64,000 nucleotides of DNA from a virus: positions 32,001 to 96,000 of the IMG/VR virus record IMGVR_UViG_3300032293_000766; one strand, written 5' to 3'. How positions within the stretch are numbered: the stretch's first letter is position 1; each line of letters starts with the position of its first letter. The notes beneath the pieces are model-generated. The model saw nothing but the letters and a program-made list of their open reading frames with translations, did no database searches and was not told the DNA's origin. This document shows, piece after piece, positions 56,659 to 64,000 of the stretch. The translations under genes were made by a program, and so were the position numbers.

Positions 56659-57357
56659 TTAATCATTTGTAATTTTTTCTCTAGGGAATCCTAATTCTTT
56701 TCTTTTATTATATACCGCCCCATCTCTTCCAGAAAAGAACAAAGTTTTTTTTGCAGCAAAGTCTAGATCTCCAGAATTTATATTACCTTCTCTAGAATAA
56801 TGTTCATGTTTTATAATGATATCTGGCAAGTATTTTACTTTGTTCAAAGCCTTGACCGCTTCCGTAAATTCATTATCACAATATAAACTTTTATAGTCTG
56901 GATGATATATATAACCAAAATAGTCATATAGCTTTTTACCTAATATAGATAGTGTAATCAAGCTATTTTCTGTATATCCATCATTAAAGTGCAAAGCGCC
57001 GTCCAGATTTGGGAAATGTTCTTGCATAGCACAACATATATACTCATCCCACTTATCAACCACTGGTATCATATCATCAGAAGCGCATAGCACAACGTCA
57101 AAATCTACATCAATTTTATCGTTAATGGCACTAATTTTGTTTGATTTTTCTAAGTAGTTAATTCTGTACTTCGCTTTATTTATTAATTTGCTGATCGTTT
57201 GTCTTGTGGACTCATTATTCATCGATCCATCATCTATATCACAGTTGATATTAAAAAATACATTATTATTATCCCCGCAAAGATTGTTGTATTTTTCTAT
57301 GCAATAAATGAATTTCTCTTTTCTGCACAATGTTGGAAATTGTACTAGTAAGTTCAT
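56659..57357 (-). CDS. Glycosyltransferase, GT-A fold (GT2-like)
   Basis: LLVQFPT..R, VLCASDDMIP (DD motif), YHPDYKSLYCDNEF, IIKHEH. Confidence 0.85.
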   Translation of the reverse strand: MNLLVQFPTLCRKEKFIYCIEKYNNLCGDNNNVFFNINCDIDDGSMNNESTRQTISKLINKAKYRINYLEKSNKISAINDKIDVDFDVVLCASDDMIPVVDKWDEYICCAMQEHFPNLDGALHFNDGYTENSLITLSILGKKLYDYFGYIYHPDYKSLYCDNEFTEAVKALNKVKYLPDIIIKHEHYSREGNINSGDLDFAAKKTLFFSGRDGAVYNKRKELGFPREKITND

Positions 57358-58196
57358 AGCGCCCCCACTTTAGTTGCAATATCATGATTGAAATTTGAAA
57401 ATATCGCTTTTACTCTATTGATACCAGTATGTTTACTCTTAATATGTTCTTGTATATCTTTCCACTGGTAATCTTCTTTATTATTAATATCAAAAGTGTT
57501 TTCTGATTTAGTTATATTTTTAATAGCCTGTTTAATCTTTTCATTGCTTGTATGATAGTATGTGGGTACTCCATGATACAAGCTAGTATAAAAAGCTTGA
57601 GATACTATATTACTATCATCATAAATAACAAAGTTTCTATACTTGGTGCATAGCGTTGGTATTTCTAATATAGTACCCTTTATATCAGAGCTTTGCGATG
57701 ATCCAATAGTGTGATATGTTGAAAAATTAGAAGGAACTTTTACTTCTTTGTTTATACTATAGCAGCCAAGATCTATCTTGTATTCAGGAATTTGACTAAT
57801 AATTGGATTATATGGATCAAAACCCAGTGGTATATATTGTAGATTTATTTTTGACTTTAGAGTTTTGTTTATCTCATTAGTATATAATAGGGGGCAATTA
57901 ATATTTTGATCTTTAACAAGACTATTGATATTGTTTATGATGTCTTGATTGAGTCCAGTTACATTAAATACGCACTCTATATTTGTATTACTGGATATAT
58001 ATTCCACAGTTTCCTTTTTCAAAAATGAAGCATGCGTAAAAAATACGTCTGGCTTTACGGTATCAAAAATATCATACGCGCTTATATTATTCTTCCAGTA
58101 TGCTGCACTACACCCACTAATTCTATTTATAGTTTCTGTAATATACATAGACTCAGTACTAAATGCTGTAACATAATTTTGCACGATAGCCTTCAT
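57354..58196 (-). CDS. Divergent CgeB-like (GT-B) glycosyltransferase
   Basis: KPDVFF, YIPLGFDP and C-terminal KHTGINRV (HT..R) motifs; catalytic region poorly conserved. Confidence 0.5.
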   Translation of the reverse strand: MKAIVQNYVTAFSTESMYITETINRISGCSAAYWKNNISAYDIFDTVKPDVFFTHASFLKKETVEYISSNTNIECVFNVTGLNQDIINNINSLVKDQNINCPLLYTNEINKTLKSKINLQYIPLGFDPYNPIISQIPEYKIDLGCYSINKEVKVPSNFSTYHTIGSSQSSDIKGTILEIPTLCTKYRNFVIYDDSNIVSQAFYTSLYHGVPTYYHTSNEKIKQAIKNITKSENTFDINNKEDYQWKDIQEHIKSKHTGINRVKAIFSNFNHDIATKVGAL

Positions 58197-58894
58197 TAAA
58201 TTCCTCCAAAATTATTGATAAAGTGTGTGTGTAGTTTTTGTTTCTTTAATTCTATTAGATCATTGAGTGCTTCGAATATAAACTTTTTCTTATAAGCTTT
58301 ACTAGATACTATGCTTCTTAATGTATTTATGCTATGTATATTGTTTATCCAAAACACTTCCATCCATGAGTTATTTAGGCCAAATCCTAAGTGGTCTAAG
58401 TTTTGTTTCTCATTAGATATTACTCCGACTTCGAATCTTTGGTCTAGTGGCCCAATAATAATCCCAGACTTAGAAAAGTCTATTTTTGAAAGATTATGAA
58501 GTGGAAATAATGTTCCCCCTTTAATAACCACTACTCTGTCATTATTTATGTTATTTAGGCACAATCTAAGACTCTCTGAATCATTAGTATCATTAGCAGA
58601 ATAGTTTTCTACAAATCTTATATTCTTTGAGCTATGCGCTTCTTTGATATGATTCAATAAATCGTGCTGTTCGTTATTTATCGATATTATAATCTCTGTC
58701 ATCTTGAAATTTTCTAGTACATATGATAACTGTATATCAATTATAGACTTGTTCTTGACAGTAGATAAATATGAGATGTTTGTAGATTTTTTATCTCTAT
58801 TTATTTTATCTGCTAGAATAATAACACTAACAAGACGATCCTTAGTAGTATTGTCATTTTTAATGATATGTATGTGTTTTTTTGTTACACTCAT
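58196..58894 (-). CDS. Divergent sugar/choline-phosphate nucleotidyltransferase-like protein (NTP_transferase fold)
   Basis: VSVIILAD, KSIIDIQL, EIIISI, IRFVENY..NDTNDSESLRL, VVVIKGG match the LicC/GlmU-type layout but lack the GxGxR motif. Confidence 0.55.
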   Translation of the reverse strand: MSVTKKHIHIIKNDNTTKDRLVSVIILADKINRDKKSTNISYLSTVKNKSIIDIQLSYVLENFKMTEIIISINNEQHDLLNHIKEAHSSKNIRFVENYSANDTNDSESLRLCLNNINNDRVVVIKGGTLFPLHNLSKIDFSKSGIIIGPLDQRFEVGVISNEKQNLDHLGFGLNNSWMEVFWINNIHSINTLRSIVSSKAYKKKFIFEALNDLIELKKQKLHTHFINNFGGI

Positions 58895-59643
58895 AGTTTT
58901 TTGTAATACCCTACGTCTTTAGATATTTGTATGAAATTATCTAAGGACATCCAATAACTTGGGCATGTATTAAGATAATCCCTAAAACCTTTTGTTAGAA
59001 CAAATACATTCTTATCTGACTCAATAGCAGAAAGTTTCTCCATTTGACTAGTAACTAAATCGTTTATAGTATGCAGGACAGACATATCAAATAGATTTAT
59101 ATCAGTGACAGTATAATAAAGAAAATTATTAGCTATATCGTGTTTCATCACTTGTCTTACAAATAATTTAAATGAATCCTCTACATAGTTCATTGTAATA
59201 GTTTTAATGGGTATACTTGTAAGCTTATGAAATAAATGCAATACATTATGTATATTCTTAGAAGTTACCGCGCTAGCTAATACTATAGTTAACTTAGACG
59301 TTTCATAATTAGATGCTATTATTCTATCAAAGATGCTATCAGCAACTTCCTTGGTCATATTGTTTGTATCTATTATAATACCAAAAGTCAATGCTACTTC
59401 TCTTAAGACTAGATTAGTATCTAATACGCCGTTATTCCATTCATGATTTCTATAACCATTACATACTCTAGTTATTATATATGATTTTTTTTCTTGTTGT
59501 TGAAGTTCATACGCTTCATTTCTTTCTAGAAAATGATCTAGTCGCTTTATTGCGCAATCAGTTTGCTTATTGTCTTTATAAATTGCACAAATGCAATCTA
59601 AGCAGTTAGTTTGATAGCGCTTTTCTTCTTGCTGAGATTTCAT
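58891..59643 (-). CDS. Hypothetical protein: Cys-rich N-terminus plus degenerate GT-A-like domain
   Basis: TNCLDCICA...TDC...VCNGYR; then FGIIID..., IIASNY...KLTIVL; within GT operon. Confidence 0.4.
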   Translation of the reverse strand: MKSQQEEKRYQTNCLDCICAIYKDNKQTDCAIKRLDHFLERNEAYELQQQEKKSYIITRVCNGYRNHEWNNGVLDTNLVLREVALTFGIIIDTNNMTKEVADSIFDRIIASNYETSKLTIVLASAVTSKNIHNVLHLFHKLTSIPIKTITMNYVEDSFKLFVRQVMKHDIANNFLYYTVTDINLFDMSVLHTINDLVTSQMEKLSAIESDKNVFVLTKGFRDYLNTCPSYWMSLDNFIQISKDVGYYKKL

Positions 59644-60034
59644 AATATATATCCTTCATAGTAATTTTTTCTACTGTGATTCCAGACGATTTAAGTATAT
59701 GTCGTATTTCTGACAAGTCAGATATAAAGACTTTATCTTCTATGATATTAGCATATTGTCCCATATTGATATTTCCACTTAGCACATACTGTGATAAAGT
59801 GTGCAAATCTATTCCACTTAACACTAGTTTGCACCCATAGCGCATCTTAGAAAATATAGAGTTAAATGCTTGCGACAAGTCAGCCAGCTTGATTTTTTCA
59901 AGCCCATCGATAAAGATAATTTCTTCACATGAATTATTAGATATATCTTCAAGATTAAACTTTCCATTATTTACTGCTATTGTTTCATAGCCACTTATAT
60001 TTTTACCTACATCGCTCGTAATATATAGTTTCAT
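59606..60034 (-). CDS. Degenerate class I SAM methyltransferase-like protein
   Basis: ISNNSCEEIIFIDGLEKI...FSKMRYGCKLVL resembles Methyltransf_11 motifs; glycine-rich motif I not evident. Confidence 0.5.
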   Translation of the reverse strand: MKLYITSDVGKNISGYETIAVNNGKFNLEDISNNSCEEIIFIDGLEKIKLADLSQAFNSIFSKMRYGCKLVLSGIDLHTLSQYVLSGNINMGQYANIIEDKVFISDLSEIRHILKSSGITVEKITMKDIYYEISARRKALSN

Positions 60035-61020
60035 GTTTGTTCCTCATAAGTTTCATCAAATACATTATTCCAACTGTTTACAAATGCTGATAGAGAAAAT
60101 CTATTTTCAATAGTTTGTCTAGCATTATTTCCAATGGTGCGTCTTAATTCTTTGTCTGCTAATAACTTAACGATATATGATCTTAATTCAGATTCATCGT
60201 TAGATATAAATCCATTTACGCCATTATCTACAATCTCTGGAATCATACAAGTCGCAGTAGATACAACGGCACAACCACAAGACATTGCTTCTAACAATGA
60301 CATGGGTATTGGACTTAATGTAGAAGTGTTGAGATACACCCCACACTCATTATACGCTTTGACAAGCTCTTCTGTATCCTTTGCTGGTTCGGATAAGCCC
60401 TTGGTATCTCCAACAAGTTTAGTTGATAATCCACTTGTTATTCTTTCCCACCCATAATAATTAAGACAATAGTCTCTCTTTATAAAATCATTGGCTACTG
60501 TAAGTATATTGTCCTGTTTTACAGCATTGTTATCCTTAAATGTTTCTGTGTCTAAGCCATGATGTATTATTTTTGTATTATACGTAATACCCCAAGCGTT
60601 TTTAGAATATTCAGATATGAATACATTTTTGTTGCCAATCATCTGTCTCATTTGATCAAATTGTTCTTTACTAATAGTCTGTGGTGTTGGCACAGTGTGT
60701 TCTAAAACAATAATCGGCAACTGTAGCCTCTCGTTTATTTGTTGAGCTACTTGATACTGCCAGAATTTACTTTGAACTAGTATGAAATCGAAGTCAAGAT
60801 AACTTGATACTTCATTTTCTGGTAAAATGTGATAATTGGCTGGAACCTCCACCTGTTCCTTATTCCATTTTTTACTTCCCTTAAGATGGAAGGAATAAAA
60901 CTCATGTCCAGTTTTACACAGCTGAGTCTCATATCTTTCGTGTGTAGGGAATGTTAATATCCTATACTTCTCTGGCTTTGCGCTATTAGCCAAACTAATT
61001 ATCTTGCTTAATTTACTCAT
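60031..61020 (-). CDS. Glycosyltransferase family 4 (GT-B)
   Basis: IHHGLD, PMSLLEAMSCGCAVVST, EIVDNGVNGF; start placed at MSKLS (61020). Confidence 0.9.
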   Translation of the reverse strand: MSKLSKIISLANSAKPEKYRILTFPTHERYETQLCKTGHEFYSFHLKGSKKWNKEQVEVPANYHILPENEVSSYLDFDFILVQSKFWQYQVAQQINERLQLPIIVLEHTVPTPQTISKEQFDQMRQMIGNKNVFISEYSKNAWGITYNTKIIHHGLDTETFKDNNAVKQDNILTVANDFIKRDYCLNYYGWERITSGLSTKLVGDTKGLSEPAKDTEELVKAYNECGVYLNTSTLSPIPMSLLEAMSCGCAVVSTATCMIPEIVDNGVNGFISNDESELRSYIVKLLADKELRRTIGNNARQTIENRFSLSAFVNSWNNVFDETYEEQT

Positions 61021-62125
61021 TGATATAATCCTTAATAAGTTTTCCAATATTTTCATATGAGAACTTTTTACCTTGCTCAAAACCACAATCTTTATTGATA
61101 TTATCTCTATTCTCATAGTAATATCTCATCGCAGCCTTTATTTCTCTTTCGCTAGGAACAAACCACTCTTCTTTTCCCGTAAAAATAAAATCAAAAGCAG
61201 CATCTTTTTGACAACAAACTGAATAAACGCCATTGACTAATGTGCCGCAATTTGTATCATTACTTAGGTATTCTTTTGGGCCACCCTCATTGCAAGCAAT
61301 TGGTGTATTTCCAAAACACATTGCGTCAAATGTAGGTATAGACCACGCTTCTCCATGCGATACATTTATGAAGCAATTGCATGAACTGTGAAGGCTTAAA
61401 ATTTGTTCTTCTTTAAGCGAACCGCATATGATAATTTCTTGCTTATATCTATTTAGATCTTTATGTATTCTTAAATTCTTTTTTATATCAGAACAAAAGT
61501 CATTTACATATCTAAAAAGTACTTCGTCACCAACGCCATACTTCTTTACTTTTAATACCAAGTCTACATTGTCATTTTCTTGAAACTCTGAGTGGAAAGA
61601 CTTGACTATACTCTCTAAATTCTTACGTTCATTTAGATCTAAAATGGTATAGAACTTAAATGTAGATAGGTCTGGAAATGCTATATGATTGTAGAATCCC
61701 CTATACTTTATCATATCAAATGTATGTGGAACTACTTTAACATTAACTAAACCGTCTGATATTAATCTGTTTTTTGCATCTGTGTTAGGAACCCAGACTT
61801 CATCCATTTGTTTGAGTGCGCCCAGCCACGGTATATGCTTAATTGTATTTGACTCAAAAACAAAATATGCAATATTCTTTTTGAATTTTTCAGTAGGCAC
61901 TAAGTGGTGTGGCAAAACGTGCTGAATGCAAACATCTATATCTTGAACATGTTTTTGCTCAAGTTCCAAAATGCGTTTAGGTAAATTTTCAACATTATCA
62001 TTTGTAAGTGTAATATTTCTACAAACTACATTTTCTCCCGCAGCATCTAGAGCTAGAATATAATCTATCGCTGCCTGCGACCAACCACTACTCTCTTTGT
62101 AATGTCCGATATATAATATGTTCAT
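61013..62125 (-). CDS. Glycosyltransferase family 4 (GT-B)
   Basis: SGWSQAA, VDEVWVP-like MDEVWVPN, ERKN, SHGEAWSIPTFDAMCFGNTPI. Confidence 0.9.
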   Translation of the reverse strand: MNILYIGHYKESSGWSQAAIDYILALDAAGENVVCRNITLTNDNVENLPKRILELEQKHVQDIDVCIQHVLPHHLVPTEKFKKNIAYFVFESNTIKHIPWLGALKQMDEVWVPNTDAKNRLISDGLVNVKVVPHTFDMIKYRGFYNHIAFPDLSTFKFYTILDLNERKNLESIVKSFHSEFQENDNVDLVLKVKKYGVGDEVLFRYVNDFCSDIKKNLRIHKDLNRYKQEIIICGSLKEEQILSLHSSCNCFINVSHGEAWSIPTFDAMCFGNTPIACNEGGPKEYLSNDTNCGTLVNGVYSVCCQKDAAFDFIFTGKEEWFVPSEREIKAAMRYYYENRDNINKDCGFEQGKKFSYENIGKLIKDYINE

Positions 62126-62754
62126 TTGATGATATTCCTTAGTACTTCTTCTTTTAATTTAACTTGATCTTTTAAATTTCCATGAGTTGAGCTAATGTTA
62201 CACGCATGATATATAAATTTACCTTCGTGATTAAAAGCTTGTGCTGGAAATATTTCTGTATGTTCTATAATATCATGATGATTACATTTTAACATACGCT
62301 GTAATATTGGTTGCTCATATGATGAAAATCCTGTATTTTTTCCCTGCTGGATCATATCATTAATAATTTGTAAACTATAAGCACTGTTTTTGAAAATTAC
62401 AGCACCAATATTAATATTCCAATATCTTTCTCGCGGATCACAGCTGGTATGACATAGTAATATATCAGCTTTTTCCCTTGACATACTAATGATGTTTCTT
62501 AGATCGATACTTTGATCTACTATAATTGCATCAATATCAAGTAAAAAAATCCAATCGTGGGTTTTTTCTTCTAATAGTTGTTTAACTAAGAAGATTTTGT
62601 CCCAATATTTTTTACTTGTAGATTCTTCACTAGATGTCTTTACTACCTTATAGTCTATTCTATATTTATCAAAATAAACTTTATTATGTGGATATACTAT
62701 ATTGTATATGTCTTGAAAATTATCTTCATAATTAGAAATACATATCAGCTTCAT
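62122..62754 (-). CDS. Glycosyltransferase, GT34/MNN10-GMA12-like
   Basis: YWDKIFLV, DWIFLLDIDAII (DxD), INIGAVIFKN, YEQ, FIYHAC; ATGA overlap at 62754. Confidence 0.8.
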   Translation of the reverse strand: MKLICISNYEDNFQDIYNIVYPHNKVYFDKYRIDYKVVKTSSEESTSKKYWDKIFLVKQLLEEKTHDWIFLLDIDAIIVDQSIDLRNIISMSREKADILLCHTSCDPRERYWNINIGAVIFKNSAYSLQIINDMIQQGKNTGFSSYEQPILQRMLKCNHHDIIEHTEIFPAQAFNHEGKFIYHACNISSTHGNLKDQVKLKEEVLRNIIK

Positions 62755-63998
62755 ATATTCATTGCCTGTATTCTTTTTTGCTCCCAGTGATTCCTTCTTT
62801 CGCACAAAGCTGAAAAATGCTTATAGGCATCTTCAAAAGAGAATGGTGTTAAACGTTTACCATCAAACGCTGCTGAACTTTCATTATAATACATTCCACC
62901 AGTATTAGCGGTAGATGTTTTATATGTTAAATCTCTTGTTAACCTAGCCTCCATAAAAGTATTTAACTTTTCTGGTTCTCTTAAGACTTCAGCTATTAAC
63001 CACTGAGCTAATTGTTGATAATCAGATGTACCTCTTAATTGATCTTCTGTTAGCGGTGGAGCAGATTGAGCAATTCTAGGTGGAGACTTCCAAGATTTTT
63101 CATCTGGAATAATATCTATACTATCGAAATACTTCTCCCACTGCCCACCACTTATATGCCACTGGAAATTCTTTTCAAATAATTCCCTTGTTTTCTTACC
63201 AAGTTCTTCTCGCTCTTCCTTGGTTTTACTGAAGAATTCTAGAAATTTTTGGGCTGCAAAATCATTGTCTGGAACTGCTCTCATGCAACCAGTTTCTAGC
63301 TCTTTATACAAAGCTTTTGGTGTTAGCGGAGTTCCACCAAGTTGCCTTATGACGCTTTCCATAGCTGAGTAATCTGTAGACATAACTGGTATACCGCAAG
63401 CTGCCGCCTCTACTTGTGGAAGTCCAAATCCTTCACAGTTAGCATATTGAACGTATAGATCAAAAAGATTCATTATCATAGATAGATGTTCATAGCTTGC
63501 ACCATTTTTGACACTAGAAATAGTTGCTCCGTACTTTTGAGTAAATGGAGAAACTGTTATAGCACTCCTAAATAAGCTAGGAAATGGCTGTTTAGTGTCT
63601 GGGCATATGTATGTAAAATATACCTTACTAGCTAATTCATTTTCTTGAATTAATTCTGGTAAATCCCATCCTAGATCTGGATAACTTGTGTGACAATATA
63701 GAAAATAATTTTCTGGATCTGGTACTAATGATAAGAACTTCTTAAAAGCTATAAATAGGTCTGGATAAAGTTTTCTACGCTGATTTCTCATCACGGTGCC
63801 AATGATTTTAGCATTAGGGTTTAAACCCAAACTTTGTCTTAACGCTTCTTTATTTTCGATAGGCTTATATGCAGGATCAGCAGAAGGTGGAGAACTTCCT
63901 AGGTAATTAATTCTACCACCAGATTGTTCAGTTAATACCTTACCAGCCCAATCTGAATAAGTAAAGCAGGCGTCAGCGTTTGCATAAGTTGCAATCCA
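62751..63998 (-). CDS. Glycosyltransferase family 4 (partial, continues beyond window end)
   Basis: MRNQRRK, EGFGLPQVEAAACGIPV; the frame is open to the window edge (WIATYANADACFTYSDW...). Confidence 0.9.
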   Translation of the reverse strand, partial: WIATYANADACFTYSDWAGKVLTEQSGGRINYLGSSPPSADPAYKPIENKEALRQSLGLNPNAKIIGTVMRNQRRKLYPDLFIAFKKFLSLVPDPENYFLYCHTSYPDLGWDLPELIQENELASKVYFTYICPDTKQPFPSLFRSAITVSPFTQKYGATISSVKNGASYEHLSMIMNLFDLYVQYANCEGFGLPQVEAAACGIPVMSTDYSAMESVIRQLGGTPLTPKALYKELETGCMRAVPDNDFAAQKFLEFFSKTKEEREELGKKTRELFEKNFQWHISGGQWEKYFDSIDIIPDEKSWKSPPRIAQSAPPLTEDQLRGTSDYQQLAQWLIAEVLREPEKLNTFMEARLTRDLTYKTSTANTGGMYYNESSAAFDGKRLTPFSFEDAYKHFSALCERRNHWEQKRIQAMNI

Positions 63999-64000
63999 TT

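Noticed and set aside
1-64000. Stop-codon reassignment as in some large phages
   Set aside because: Standard code gives dense, very long ORFs; TAA, TGA and TAG all end genes at sensible junctions.

Overview
AT-rich (roughly 30-35% GC by eye) segment of a large tailed dsDNA bacteriophage genome, standard genetic code, with Shine-Dalgarno-led and often overlapping genes. Bases 1-54256 (+) are a virion morphogenesis module: fibre/adhesin genes interspersed with two 2OG-Fe(II) oxygenases and a sulfotransferase, head-tail joining genes, a major tail protein, paralogous putative tail chaperones, a 3435-aa tape measure protein and several very large tail-tip proteins (3029, 3828, 1600 and 1317 aa). 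No sheath gene is visible. A hairpin at 54260-54291 separates this from a converging minus-strand operon of about 10 glycosyltransferase/sugar-modifying genes followed by a DUF559-type endonuclease, a Rad52-like annealase and a Zn-ribbon protein. The two best candidates for an undescribed system are: (1) strong enrichment of Ser-Gly dipeptides in presumed virion-surface proteins, next to a large glycosyltransferase operon, suggesting sequon-directed virion O-glycosylation; (2) a tape measure protein carrying about 1600 aa of enzyme-like cargo modules (two PD-(D/E)xK-like, a P-loop plus HIGH nucleotidyltransferase, a zincin) bounded by repeated xxGG motifs. All calls come from motif recognition by eye and counts are hand counts; no database searches were run.
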